Of a DNA stretch of 64,000 nucleotides, positions 10,691 through 23,652 are shown piece after piece (position 1 is the stretch's first letter; every line of letters starts with the position of its first letter). The stretch lies in contig OZ241875.1 in NCBI GenBank assembly GCA_965203325.1, forward strand, positions 2,176,001 to 2,240,000. The letters are read 5' to 3'. The translations under genes and the position numbers were made by a program. A model generated the notes under the pieces. It ran no database searches. It saw only the letters and a program-made list of their open reading frames with translations, and was not told the origin of the DNA. The DNA is from a bacterium (lineage in GTDB: Bacteria; UBA8248).

Positions 10691-11419
10691 ATGAAAATTC
10701 TCATCTGGAATATCATGCACGGCGGTGGGCGGCGGGCAGCCAAAATCGTGGAGCGCATTGGCCGAGGAAGTCCCGATATCGTCATTCTGACGGAGTTTCG
10801 TGGCACCCCGCCCAGCCGGGAGATCGCCTCCCGCATCGGGGAGCTGGGGCTGTCCCACCAACTGAGCACGGCGTCTGGAAAACACCCGGCTATAAACGCT
10901 CTTCTCCTCGCCTCGCGCTGGCCGCTCAAGCGTATTCACTGGAAAAGACCGCCCCAACCGGAAGAGCGCCGCCTCCTCGCCTACGTTCGCGCGCCCGCGC
11001 CCGTCACCATCGCCGCCGTGCACGTACTTAATCGAGTCAGTGGAAAAAAATATCCCTTCCTGGATGCGATTCGGGATTTGGCGCTTCGCTGGCGCGGTGG
11101 CGGCGCCATCGTGGCGGGTGATTTCAACACCGGGCGAATCGGCGAGGATGAAACGGTGAAATGCTTCAACAGGCGCGAAGACGATTTCATGACCACCATG
11201 TCGAAAACGGGCTGGGCGGATGCGTACCGCAGCGTCCACGGCCCAAAACGCGCCTATACATGGCGTGCGCCCGGCGGTGGAGGGAGCTTCCGGCTGGATC
11301 ACGCGTTCATCAATCGCCGCGCGCAAGGCAGGCTGCTTGACGCGCGCATCGATTGGCCGCCGGGTAATCCGAGGCCGCCGAGTGATCACGCCGCTTTGTG
11401 GATCACGTTGAAAGATTGA
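10691..11419 (+). CDS. Endonuclease/exonuclease/phosphatase (EEP) family protein
   Basis: WNI, LTE, GDFN, RLDH and SDH catalytic motifs. Confidence 0.85.
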   Translation: MKILIWNIMHGGGRRAAKIVERIGRGSPDIVILTEFRGTPPSREIASRIGELGLSHQLSTASGKHPAINALLLASRWPLKRIHWKRPPQPEERRLLAYVRAPAPVTIAAVHVLNRVSGKKYPFLDAIRDLALRWRGGGAIVAGDFNTGRIGEDETVKCFNRREDDFMTTMSKTGWADAYRSVHGPKRAYTWRAPGGGGSFRLDHAFINRRAQGRLLDARIDWPPGNPRPPSDHAALWITLKD

Positions 11420-11449
11420 TTCTGATAGTAGTAGAAAAAGGCGGCTCAT

Positions 11450-12649
11450 TTGAATGAACGGGAGAAAACCGTGAGCAGACCCCTTGAGGGCGTCAAAGTA
11501 TTGGACCTGACCCGCCTCGTCTCGGGCGGGATGTACGGCATGCTTCTGGCCGACGCCGGCGCCGATGTGGTCAAGGTCGAAGCCCCGGGCCACGGCGATA
11601 CGCTGCGGGCCTGGAATCCATATTGGTGGAAGGTCTACGGCCGCGGAAAGCGATCCATCACGGTGAACCTCGCCACATCGCGAGGGCAGGACCTCATCCG
11701 AAAACTAGCGGCCGAGGCGGACGTTCTCGCCGAGAATTTTTTCGTCGGCAAGCTCGAATCCTGGGGGCTCGGGCCGGATGAGTTATGGGAAGTGAACCCG
11801 AGACTCATCGTCGTCCGGATATCCGGATGGGGGCAGGACGGCCCTTACCGCGACAGGCCGGGCTTCGGCACCCTGGTGGAAGCGATGTCCGGCTTCGCTG
11901 ACATGAACGGATTTCCCGACTCCCCTCCCCTGGCTCCTCCCCAGCCCCTTGCCGACATGACGGCTGCACTACAAGGCGTCGCCTCCACCATGTTCGCTCT
12001 CTACCACCGCGACGCTCTGGGAGGCGGCAAGGGGCAGGTGATCGATCTGGCGCTTTACGAGCCGCTTTTCACGATTCTGGGTCCACAGGCGGCCCGCTAT
12101 CTCATCGACGGGGAAAAGCGCCCGCGCCTGGGCAACCGCTCCGAAAACTCGGCGCCCAGAAACATCTACCCGACGAGCGACGGAAAGTGGGTGGCGATTT
12201 CCGCCTCCACCCAGCCGATGTATGAGCGCCTCGCCCGCGCCCTGGGGCGTGAAGACATCATCACCGACGAGCGGTTCATGAACAACGAGACGCGCGTCGT
12301 GAACCAGGAGGCGCTCGACAAAATCGTGGCCGACGCCATAGGAAAACATAGCTGCGAGGAGAACATGGACAGATTCAACGCGGGCGGCGTCACGGCGAGC
12401 CCCGTCTACGACATCGAAGACATCCTTTCAGACCCCCATTTTCAGGCGAGAAACCTGGTGCGCCACGTGCCGGACGCGGATTTCGGCGCCGTGCCCATGC
12501 AGGGCGCTTTTCCGAGAATGTCGGAAACGCCTCTCGACATCGCCTGGACGGGACCTGCCCTGGGGGAACACACCGAAAAAATACTCGGCGAATGGCTGGG
12601 AATGACGCCCCCCGAAATCGAGCGCCTTCGAAACGATGAAGTGCTGTAA
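11450..12649 (+). CDS. CaiB/BaiF class III CoA-transferase
   Basis: PLEGVKVLDLTR, GADVVKVE, GKRSITVNL, ADVLAENF, GQDGPY. Confidence 0.93.
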   Translation: MNEREKTVSRPLEGVKVLDLTRLVSGGMYGMLLADAGADVVKVEAPGHGDTLRAWNPYWWKVYGRGKRSITVNLATSRGQDLIRKLAAEADVLAENFFVGKLESWGLGPDELWEVNPRLIVVRISGWGQDGPYRDRPGFGTLVEAMSGFADMNGFPDSPPLAPPQPLADMTAALQGVASTMFALYHRDALGGGKGQVIDLALYEPLFTILGPQAARYLIDGEKRPRLGNRSENSAPRNIYPTSDGKWVAISASTQPMYERLARALGREDIITDERFMNNETRVVNQEALDKIVADAIGKHSCEENMDRFNAGGVTASPVYDIEDILSDPHFQARNLVRHVPDADFGAVPMQGAFPRMSETPLDIAWTGPALGEHTEKILGEWLGMTPPEIERLRNDEVL

Positions 12650-12652
12650 CAG

Positions 12653-13495
12653 TTACCCTCTGGAAAACAGAATCACGGACGCCGCGGCGAATACGACTCC
12701 CACGCCTTTTCTGAGCGTCAGCTTCTCCCTCAAGAAGATGATGGCGAGCACCCCGGTCAACACGAAACTCAACTGGGCGATGGGCGCCACGACAACCGCC
12801 TCGCCGTAGGTGAATCCCACGGCGATGGCCACATAACTCGAAGAGGTGAGCACCCCGCACACGAAGGGGAGCCAGAGCGGCACGCCGCGCCTGGGAAGCG
12901 GATCTTTTTGAATGAGCGCGAAGGGCACGGCCATGCAGAATACCCCCACGCTCTGCATGGCCGTCATCATGGCGGGTTTGGCCCCCATCCCGAGCCCCAG
13001 TTTGTAGAAAAGCCCGATGACGCCGAACATGCACATGGCGCCGATCGCCAGGCCGACGGAGCGCTTATCCCCGACGGACGCCGCCGCGACGCTCCCGCCC
13101 GCCGTCACAGCGAGGGCCGCCAGAACCAGAGCGAAGCCTTTGATAAGGTTTACATTTTCGCCGAGAAAGAAAATCGTGAGGGCGGCCGTTACCGCGAAGT
13201 TCAGGCGGACGATCGGCACGAGCGCCACCGCCTCGCCCCGCCGCAGGGCAAGCAAAACGAACAAGAACGCGGTGAACGCCAGAATTCCGTTGATGAATCC
13301 AAAGGCGAGGCCCGGATTCCAGAGCAACTCCTCGCGATACCAGGCCAGGCCGAACGCGTTGGGCAGATACGCCATGTTTTGCAGGAACATGAAGGGCCCG
13401 CTGCGCATATCCCACTGCTGGCCCCACTTGTAGAGAAAGTCATTGACGCCGAGAAAACACAAAGACATGAGCGCGAAGATGACTTCGGGCGGCAT
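12653..13495 (-). CDS. EamA/DMT family transporter
   Basis: Two hydrophobic repeats, FLGE and FLREKL motifs. Confidence 0.8.
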   Translation of the reverse strand: MPPEVIFALMSLCFLGVNDFLYKWGQQWDMRSGPFMFLQNMAYLPNAFGLAWYREELLWNPGLAFGFINGILAFTAFLFVLLALRRGEAVALVPIVRLNFAVTAALTIFFLGENVNLIKGFALVLAALAVTAGGSVAAASVGDKRSVGLAIGAMCMFGVIGLFYKLGLGMGAKPAMMTAMQSVGVFCMAVPFALIQKDPLPRRGVPLWLPFVCGVLTSSSYVAIAVGFTYGEAVVVAPIAQLSFVLTGVLAIIFLREKLTLRKGVGVVFAAASVILFSRG

Positions 13496-13806
13496 ACGCG
13501 ACTCCCCGGCGCGGACGTCCCTGCTCGCCACGCATACCTCTTGGCTGATGGGGGGAAGAAAGCGCCCTCGATTCAGGGAAGCTACAAAGGGCAGGCTTCA
13601 AAAACCGAAAAAATGATACGGCCCCCACCCCGGCGTGTCAACGGAATGAATGAAGACGAATACCCCCATCTTCAGTAATCCGAGCGACTCGCCATAACCC
13701 CTGGGACGTAAAACATGCTATCTTGGAGTCGATAAGCCAGATAAAACCGTTACAATCCAAAAAACTGTGTGTTTTTCTTTTATCTTTCAAGTTAGGAGCC
13801 GAAGGG

Positions 13807-14271
13807 TTGGGTCGTGAATATCCGCTTCGCCCGATTGTCGGTGTAGGGGCCATCATCATCGAGAACGAAAACGTCCTCATCGTCCGCCGGGGGCAGCCTC
13901 CCAAAATGGGCGCCTGGAGTATTCCGGGCGGCGGTGTTCACTTGGGTGAAGACCTGGAGCAAGCCTGTATACGAGAGGTCAGGGAAGAGACCGGCCTGGA
14001 CGTGGAGATTCTCTCCGAGGGCCGGGTTTTGAACCGCGTCACCCGGGACGAATGGGGGCGGGTGCAATTTCATTACGTGCTCATCGATTTCGTGTGCCGA
14101 CCCACCGGAGGCGTGCTTCAGGCGGCGAGCGATATTTCGGAAGCCACGTGGGTTCCGTTGAGCGAAGTGTCTTCTTTAAGTCCGATGACGAGTGGAACGG
14201 CGGATTTCATACTGGAATCGGTCGCCACGCTCAACCTGTTGTCACACCGGAATAGCCGGGAAAGCATATGA
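13807..14271 (+). CDS. NUDIX hydrolase
   Basis: YPLRPIVGVGA and Nudix box GGGVHLGEDLEQACIREVREETGL; TTG start after an AGGAG RBS. Confidence 0.88.
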   Translation: MGREYPLRPIVGVGAIIIENENVLIVRRGQPPKMGAWSIPGGGVHLGEDLEQACIREVREETGLDVEILSEGRVLNRVTRDEWGRVQFHYVLIDFVCRPTGGVLQAASDISEATWVPLSEVSSLSPMTSGTADFILESVATLNLLSHRNSRESI

Positions 14272-14990
14272 AAGACACCGGGGAGAAACAGCCTTCGGAT
14301 GAGCAGTTCGCAACCCTGTTTTTGCGTCTCGCAGCTCGCGAACTCCAGGCACCCGTATCTCACCTCAAAGAAAAGTTTCTCGAACTGGGGGAGGAGTCAG
14401 ACCCCTGGAAGGCGCGGGAGGAAATTCGGGATTTATCCGAGAACATCTATCGCTTGAGCCGCCTCATCGAAACGCTCTCCGACGCCGCCGACATCGAAAC
14501 GCACCATGCAAACCTGGAAAACACCGACATAAATCTTGCGCATCTTTTCAGCGAACGCATCGGCAAGCGGCTCTGGAGTTTCCCTTCTTTTCGGTTTTTG
14601 CCCGAGATGCCGTCGCGGCTCGATATATACGGCGACAGGGCAAGGTTCATCTTTCTCATTGACGATCTGCTGGATGCGGCCATTCACATCGCTCCTGAGG
14701 GCGGCATTATTTACGCGCTTCTCAGGGGGGAAAACGATCGAATCGTTTTATCGACCACCAACCGCGACGCCGAAATCCCGCCTTTTTGTTTCGATTCGTT
14801 CATCGACTGGATGGCGGAGGATCTGGAAAATCCGGGGGCGCTCCGGGGAATCGGAATCAGCCTCTATCGAAGCCATCTCACTGCCCTCATGCTGGGCGGG
14901 CGTCTGGAGATCACGACGCCTCCCGAGGGCGGCGCATCCTTCATCGTCGAGTTCCCCGCACATCATTCACAACATTCCGATCTCTCATAG
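14268..14990 (+). CDS. Degenerate histidine kinase-like protein (HisKA + HATPase fold)
   Basis: RELQAPV (H-box-like, no His), RLSRLIETL, LIDDLLDAAIH, GIGISL, LGGRLEI...EGGASFIVEFP. Confidence 0.65.
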   Translation: MKDTGEKQPSDEQFATLFLRLAARELQAPVSHLKEKFLELGEESDPWKAREEIRDLSENIYRLSRLIETLSDAADIETHHANLENTDINLAHLFSERIGKRLWSFPSFRFLPEMPSRLDIYGDRARFIFLIDDLLDAAIHIAPEGGIIYALLRGENDRIVLSTTNRDAEIPPFCFDSFIDWMAEDLENPGALRGIGISLYRSHLTALMLGGRLEITTPPEGGASFIVEFPAHHSQHSDLS

Positions 14991-15002
14991 GAATCCATCT
15001 AC

Positions 15003-16076
15003 ATGACCGAGAAGAAGCGAATTTCCGAAGAAGCGCTCGTTCGTTTCGCCACGAAAATCATCATGGCCCTGGGAGCTCCCGAGGAGCGCGCCCAGGTGAC
15101 GGCGGCAATCCTCGCAGCGGCGGATATGCGCGGAATATCGAGCCATGGCGTGGCGGGCGGGACAGGCTTGCGTGAACTCGTCGAGCGTATTCAAAAAGAC
15201 GCCATCGACCCGAAAGCCGTCCCTGGCGTCGAGCGAAACGAAAACTGGGCGATCGCCACCATGGACGCGCGAGCCGGCATCGGTCCGGCAGCAGCGATGG
15301 ATGCGACCCGTCTCGCCGGCGATCTGGCGGAAGAATACGGCATCGGAAAAGTCTATGTGCACAACGCGAATCACTTCGGGGCGGCGTGCGTCTATGTCGA
15401 GGCGCTCATCGAGCGGGGTCTGGCCGGCCGCGCCACATGCACCTCCGGCGCCTGGATGAAGCCTTTCGGGGGAAACAGGATTCGCCTGGGCACGAACCCC
15501 ATCGCCTGGGGGGTGCCTGCAGGGGATGAGGCCATCGTCATCGACGCGGCCATGACGCAGCGCGCCGTGAGTCCCGCCATCCGCGCCAGCCGCGCGGGAG
15601 AGGCGATTCCGGACGATTATTTTCTCGATGAAAATGGAGAGGTCATTTCCGGTCACGTGCCGTATGACGAGCTGATCAAAGGCTCCGTTCTGCCTCTGGG
15701 GGGAACGCAGTTCGGCTACAAGGGTTCCGGGCTCGCCGTGCTGGTGGACCTGGACGGCGTCATCGGCGGCGGCGCGACGGAGCATATTCCGACGCTGCGC
15801 GTCCAGCCCGATGCACGAATCACCCAGACGATAGAGGCCTGGAGGCTGGACGCGCTCTACCCCATAGAGGACGCGAAGAGGCGCTTGGCCGAGGCGGTGA
15901 GAGACATCAAAAACTGCGGAGGGGCGGAGATGCTGCTTCCGGGAGAGCGCGAGGCGCGCAAAAAGGCGGACGCGGAGAAAAACGGAATCCCCTATGAAGC
16001 CAGCCAGTGGGACACGCTCAAAACGATTGGGGGCTGGCTGGGCGTCGAACCGCCCGAAGCCATTCAGGAGAACTGA
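15003..16076 (+). CDS. Ldh_2 (malate/L-lactate/ureidoglycolate dehydrogenase type 2) oxidoreductase
   Basis: ADMRGISSHG, NHFGA, LGTNPIA, LPLGG..GYKGSGL, LPGERE. Confidence 0.9.
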   Translation: MTEKKRISEEALVRFATKIIMALGAPEERAQVTAAILAAADMRGISSHGVAGGTGLRELVERIQKDAIDPKAVPGVERNENWAIATMDARAGIGPAAAMDATRLAGDLAEEYGIGKVYVHNANHFGAACVYVEALIERGLAGRATCTSGAWMKPFGGNRIRLGTNPIAWGVPAGDEAIVIDAAMTQRAVSPAIRASRAGEAIPDDYFLDENGEVISGHVPYDELIKGSVLPLGGTQFGYKGSGLAVLVDLDGVIGGGATEHIPTLRVQPDARITQTIEAWRLDALYPIEDAKRRLAEAVRDIKNCGGAEMLLPGEREARKKADAEKNGIPYEASQWDTLKTIGGWLGVEPPEAIQEN

Positions 16077-16147
16077 TTCGCTGAATCAGTCGTTTTCAGG
16101 GCGACAACCCAAGAGCACGCGCTGGAGTTTCACCCGCAAACTAACTT

Positions 16148-17398
16148 CTAGGCATCACGCTCCAGGCGAACGGTTTCTATCTGCCGCTCGTTCGCCGATT
16201 GCACGGTGAGCGTCCAACCCTCAAGGGATAAATGCTCCCCTTCTTTCGGGATGCGCTCGAACCGCTCCAGGAGATAGCCCGACAACGTCTCGTAGTCCCC
16301 ATCGGGTACGGGCAACTCGAGCGACTCTCTCACATCCTCGACCTCCATGCGTGCATCGACCATGTATTGATCTTCACTTAACTTGTGGAACATGCGGACT
16401 TCGTCGACGTCATACTCGTCAGCGATGTCGCCCACGATCTCCTCCACCAAATCCTCCATGGTCACGATGCCGGTGCAGGCCCCGTATTCATCCACCACCA
16501 CGGCCATTTTATCCTTTCGGCTCATCAACTCATCGAGAAGACTATCGGCCGGCTTCGTCTCCGGCACGAAATAGGCGCTTCGGATGAGACCATCCTTATC
16601 CTTGAGGCGTCCCGAGGCGTCGGGTCCCAGTCCGATAATGTCCCTCGCGTGCACGACACCGACGATGTGGTGGAGGTTCTCCCTGTAGATCAGAATCCTC
16701 GAGTGGCCGTCATCCTCGATTTTTTCAATTACCTCCTCCACCGTGCTCTCTTCTTCCACCGCGGAGAGGTCCACGATGGGTACCAGCACGTTTTCCATGT
16801 CCAACTCGCCGAACGTGAAGATGCGGCCGATCATCTGGCGTTCGAGAACCTGCACGTCCCCATCGCTTTGCTCTTCCATGAGGGATTCGAGTTCCTGCCG
16901 CGTGACGAAAGGAGTGCTCTCCCCATTGCGTTTTCGCAGCCCCACAACGGCACCGATGAGCGCGCTGATGAGCCAGACCAGGGGATATACGATCAGTCTG
17001 GCGCCCCAGACGACGCGCGCCAGCAAAGGGGCGAGCACATCGGCGCGGGCCTGGCAATACCCCTTGGGAACCACCTCTCCGAACACCACGAGCAGCGGGA
17101 TCACCAGGGCGACCGAAAGCGCCTCCCCATACGCCGGGCCGACGAAATTGATGGACGCGATTGTGGCCAAGGAAACGTTCGTCACGAAACTCGCGTTGTG
17201 ACAGGTGAGAATCGTGCCCATGAGCCATTCGGGTTTTTCCAGAAGCTCCAGGGCGAGCGAAGCGCCCCTGTTCCCTCCTTCCGCCTTGGCGCGCAGACGG
17301 GCGCGGTCCGCGGAAACGATGGCGATCTCCGCACCCGAGAACAACGCTTCCGACAGGAGCAGGAGCAGGCCGATGACGATGACCGAGAAGATATCCAC
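16148..17398 (-). CDS. CNNM/CorC (hemolysin-family DUF21-CBS-CorC) protein
   Basis: FSGAEIA, FGEVVPK, HSRILIY, VVDEYGACTGIVTMEDLVEEIVGDI. Confidence 0.9.
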   Translation of the reverse strand: MDIFSVIVIGLLLLLSEALFSGAEIAIVSADRARLRAKAEGGNRGASLALELLEKPEWLMGTILTCHNASFVTNVSLATIASINFVGPAYGEALSVALVIPLLVVFGEVVPKGYCQARADVLAPLLARVVWGARLIVYPLVWLISALIGAVVGLRKRNGESTPFVTRQELESLMEEQSDGDVQVLERQMIGRIFTFGELDMENVLVPIVDLSAVEEESTVEEVIEKIEDDGHSRILIYRENLHHIVGVVHARDIIGLGPDASGRLKDKDGLIRSAYFVPETKPADSLLDELMSRKDKMAVVVDEYGACTGIVTMEDLVEEIVGDIADEYDVDEVRMFHKLSEDQYMVDARMEVEDVRESLELPVPDGDYETLSGYLLERFERIPKEGEHLSLEGWTLTVQSANERQIETVRLERDA

Positions 17399-17399
17399 T

Positions 17400-18671
17400 T
17401 CAATTATCCTCCCGTCTTCGCGCGCGAACCTGAAGAACGCGGGAACCGCTTGTCTCTACAACCGTGAATTCCACGTTCCCCAGTCGAACCCGTTCGTTCA
17501 GCGAGGGCACATGGCCCAGCAACGTGAAGACCGCACCGCCCAGCGTATTCGCCTCCTCGTAGTCGGGAAGCTCCCAGCCGCTCACCGCCGAGAATTCGGC
17601 CAGTGGAACACGGCCCTGGCACAGGTATGAATCCTCGCCTTCCTGCGCAATCCAGGTTTCCTCGGCCTCTTCGTGTTCATCCTTGATTTCGCCGAAAATC
17701 TCCTCGAGAAGATCCGTCATTGACACCAGGCCGAGGGTGCCGCCGAACTCGTCCTGAACGATGGCGACGTGGGTCCGCTCATGCCGGAACCGGCGGAACA
17801 GGCGGTCGAGCTTCATCCCGCCCGGAACCACGAGGGGGGGGCGCAGCATCTGTTTCGTCATACGCTCCTCGGGACCGAAGTTCTTCCGCCCCGCCTGGCG
17901 CAGGAAATCCTTGACATACAGGATGCCCACTATCTGGTCCCGGTCTTGCCCGAAAATCGGAATGCGCGAATGCGCCGCCGTTCGGACGCGCTCGATCACT
18001 TCGGCGATGGGCAGGTTCATCTCCCAACACTCCAGATCCGTGCGCGGCACCGTCACTTCCGAGACGGTTCTATCGTGAAAGCCGAACACGTTGTGAATGA
18101 GTTCTCGCTCGCCCTCTTCGAGTTCGCCCTCGGCGTGGCCCGCGTCCACGAGGTGGAGGAACTCGTCCTCCATGAGAATGCTTTGCGGATCGCGCGACGG
18201 CGCTCCCATCAAGGAGAGCACGCCGTTCGCCACCTGCAAGAAGACCCAGCGCAGCGGCGAGATGACGCGCGCGAAGCCGGATATGGGATACGCCAGGAAT
18301 CGCGAGAACCGTTCCGGATACCGGGCCGCCAGGGATTTGGGCGTGATCTCGCCGAATATCATCAAGAGCGGCGTCATGAACACGGGCGCGAGCCACCTCT
18401 GCTCAGGTTCCAGATATGCAACAACAACGCCGGTGAACAGCGCGGAGGAGGCGATGTTCACGATTTCGTTGCCCATCAATATGGAAGTAATCAGCCGCCT
18501 GGGCCTGTCCAGAAGGTCGGACACCCGCTCACCCATGCCGCCTTCCCGGCGCATGGCGCGTACCCTGGGGCGCGGAAGGGAAAATAGAGCCGTTTCGCTG
18601 GCCGAGAATCCGGCGGAACAGAGCATGAGAAAGACGAAGGCGACGAACCGGAAGAGCAGGTCGGCATCCAT
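17400..18671 (-). CDS. CNNM/CorC (hemolysin-family DUF21-CBS-CorC) protein
   Basis: FSASETALFSL, FGEITPK, HSRIPIF, DEFGGTLGLVSMTDLLEEIFGEI. Confidence 0.9.
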   Translation of the reverse strand: MDADLLFRFVAFVFLMLCSAGFSASETALFSLPRPRVRAMRREGGMGERVSDLLDRPRRLITSILMGNEIVNIASSALFTGVVVAYLEPEQRWLAPVFMTPLLMIFGEITPKSLAARYPERFSRFLAYPISGFARVISPLRWVFLQVANGVLSLMGAPSRDPQSILMEDEFLHLVDAGHAEGELEEGERELIHNVFGFHDRTVSEVTVPRTDLECWEMNLPIAEVIERVRTAAHSRIPIFGQDRDQIVGILYVKDFLRQAGRKNFGPEERMTKQMLRPPLVVPGGMKLDRLFRRFRHERTHVAIVQDEFGGTLGLVSMTDLLEEIFGEIKDEHEEAEETWIAQEGEDSYLCQGRVPLAEFSAVSGWELPDYEEANTLGGAVFTLLGHVPSLNERVRLGNVEFTVVETSGSRVLQVRARRREDN

Positions 18672-18747
18672 CAGTCCATGCCTCCCGGCTGACTATCATA
18701 AAGATGTTTTCGCCCCGGAGGTTCGGGGTCAGACGCAGGTTCTTCCG

Positions 18748-19629
18748 CTACCATGAGTCTGTCAATCTCCTCAGATAATTCCGAAACGCGGGACCGATGT
18801 CCTCGCGATCCAGAGCGAACTCGACCGTCGCTTCCAAAAATCCCAGCTTGTCGCCCGCGTCAAAGCGCTTTCCCTCATACTCATAAGCGTAAAGCCTGGT
18901 ATGCTCCAGCAGACCTTGCAACCCGTCGGTGAGCTGAATCTCTCCTTTCGCATCCGGCTTCATGCGCTCGAGGATCGGGAAAATCTCCGGCGGCAAAACG
19001 TAGCGCCCGATAATGGCGATGTCCGAGGGCGCATCTTCGGGCTTCGGCTTTTCCACCATCCCCTTGAGCGGCGTGACGCCGGGGGCGGGCGACGGTTCGC
19101 CGGAAGGATCGATGACGCCGTATTTGGAGAGCGCGTGCTTCTCAACCCGCAGCCCCGCGACCACGCCGCCGCCATGCGCATTGAACACGCGAACCAACTG
19201 GCCGATGGCGGGCTCTTCGCTCCTGATGATGTCATCGGGCAATATGACGGCGAAAGGCTCATCACCCACGGCCGGCTTGGCGCACAATATCGCATGACCC
19301 AAACCCAAAGGACGCTTTTGACGGATGGACGTAATACGCGCTTTTTGCGAGATTTCCTCCACCACGGCCAATGACCTCTCCTCGCCTCTGTCACGCAAAT
19401 AAGATTCCACCTCGAACGCGACATCAAAGTGGTCCACCATCGAAACCTTCCCGCGTCCGGTGATGAAGACGATCTCCTCGATGCCGGCGTCCAAGGCCTC
19501 CTGCACGCCGATCTGGATTTGTGGGATGTCCACGATGGGAAGCATCTCTTTCGGGATCACCTTGGTGGCGGGCAAAAACCGCGTGCCGAGCCCGGCCACA
19601 GGAAAGACCGCCTTGCGAACCCGGCTCAT
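18748..19629 (-). CDS. galU: UTP--glucose-1-phosphate uridylyltransferase
   Basis: KAVFPVAGLGTRFLPATK..PKEMLP, LGLGHA, VEKP, GEIQLTD. Confidence 0.95.
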   Translation of the reverse strand: MSRVRKAVFPVAGLGTRFLPATKVIPKEMLPIVDIPQIQIGVQEALDAGIEEIVFITGRGKVSMVDHFDVAFEVESYLRDRGEERSLAVVEEISQKARITSIRQKRPLGLGHAILCAKPAVGDEPFAVILPDDIIRSEEPAIGQLVRVFNAHGGGVVAGLRVEKHALSKYGVIDPSGEPSPAPGVTPLKGMVEKPKPEDAPSDIAIIGRYVLPPEIFPILERMKPDAKGEIQLTDGLQGLLEHTRLYAYEYEGKRFDAGDKLGFLEATVEFALDREDIGPAFRNYLRRLTDSW

Positions 19630-19717
19630 GAGAAGGTTCCCATGAGAAAAAAGATGTGTCGCTGCGCGTGAATACGTGACATTTGCTTTGGATCATAAAA
19701 AAAGGCACAAGCCGAGG

Positions 19718-22808
<3,091 letters not shown>

Positions 22809-22875
22809 GAAGAAAAACTCCCCGACGGCGCGTGCCGACGGGGAGTCCTTTTCTTTGCGCAGGACTGTCGGGCGA

Positions 22876-23460
22876 CTAATTCATGCCCGCCGGAATGCCG
22901 CCGATGACGTTGAACTTCGCTCGCCGGTTCTTGGACCATCCCGCTTCATTGGAGCGCGAATCGGCCGGACGCTCTTCGCCATAGCTGACCGTATCGACCC
23001 GGGAAGACTTGACGCCGAGCGAGACGAGGTAATCCTTGGAACTCTGCGACCGCCTGTGCCCGAGCGCGATGTTGTACTCCACCGTGCCGCGCTCGTCGCA
23101 ATGTCCTTCGATCTGCACCCGAATGCTGGGAAACTCCTGCAGGAAGCGGGCCTTGGCGTCCATGATCGCGCGCATATCGGGGCGGACCTCGGATTTATCA
23201 AAATCAAAATACACCAGATCGTTTTCAAACTCGGCCAACGACCGCTTGAAAGCGGCGCGCTTGCGGCGACGCTCCGCCTCCATCATGTCTTCTTTCACCA
23301 CGGGCTTGGGAGGTTGCTTTTTTCTCACCATAGGAGCAGGCGGTTTGGGAGGCGGTAGTTCTTCCGTTTCCACGGTCTGTTTCACGCAACCCACTGCGAA
23401 CAGGAGCACCGCAACCATCAAGAAAGATTGAAAAGATTTAATACGGCCCGATAACAACAT
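22876..23460 (-). CDS. pal: Peptidoglycan-associated lipoprotein
   Basis: Lipobox AVGC, VYFDFDKS, IEGHCDERGTVEYNIALG, SYGEERP, KNRR. Confidence 0.95.
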   Translation of the reverse strand: MLLSGRIKSFQSFLMVAVLLFAVGCVKQTVETEELPPPKPPAPMVRKKQPPKPVVKEDMMEAERRRKRAAFKRSLAEFENDLVYFDFDKSEVRPDMRAIMDAKARFLQEFPSIRVQIEGHCDERGTVEYNIALGHRRSQSSKDYLVSLGVKSSRVDTVSYGEERPADSRSNEAGWSKNRRAKFNVIGGIPAGMN

Positions 23461-23652
23461 GCAGACATCCCCCTCGGAGTCTCTCGTTCGTATATGTTCA
23501 GAGTGAGAAGCGTGATTCTACACGGAGCGGAAACTCTTCCCCTCTTCATTCACCCATCCACAGGCATACGCAGGCGAAGTATAATGGGCGAATGCGCGAT
23601 GAGCAAGTCTATTTCCTGCTTTTTCAAGAGTTATTTCCCGATTTTCAAGATT

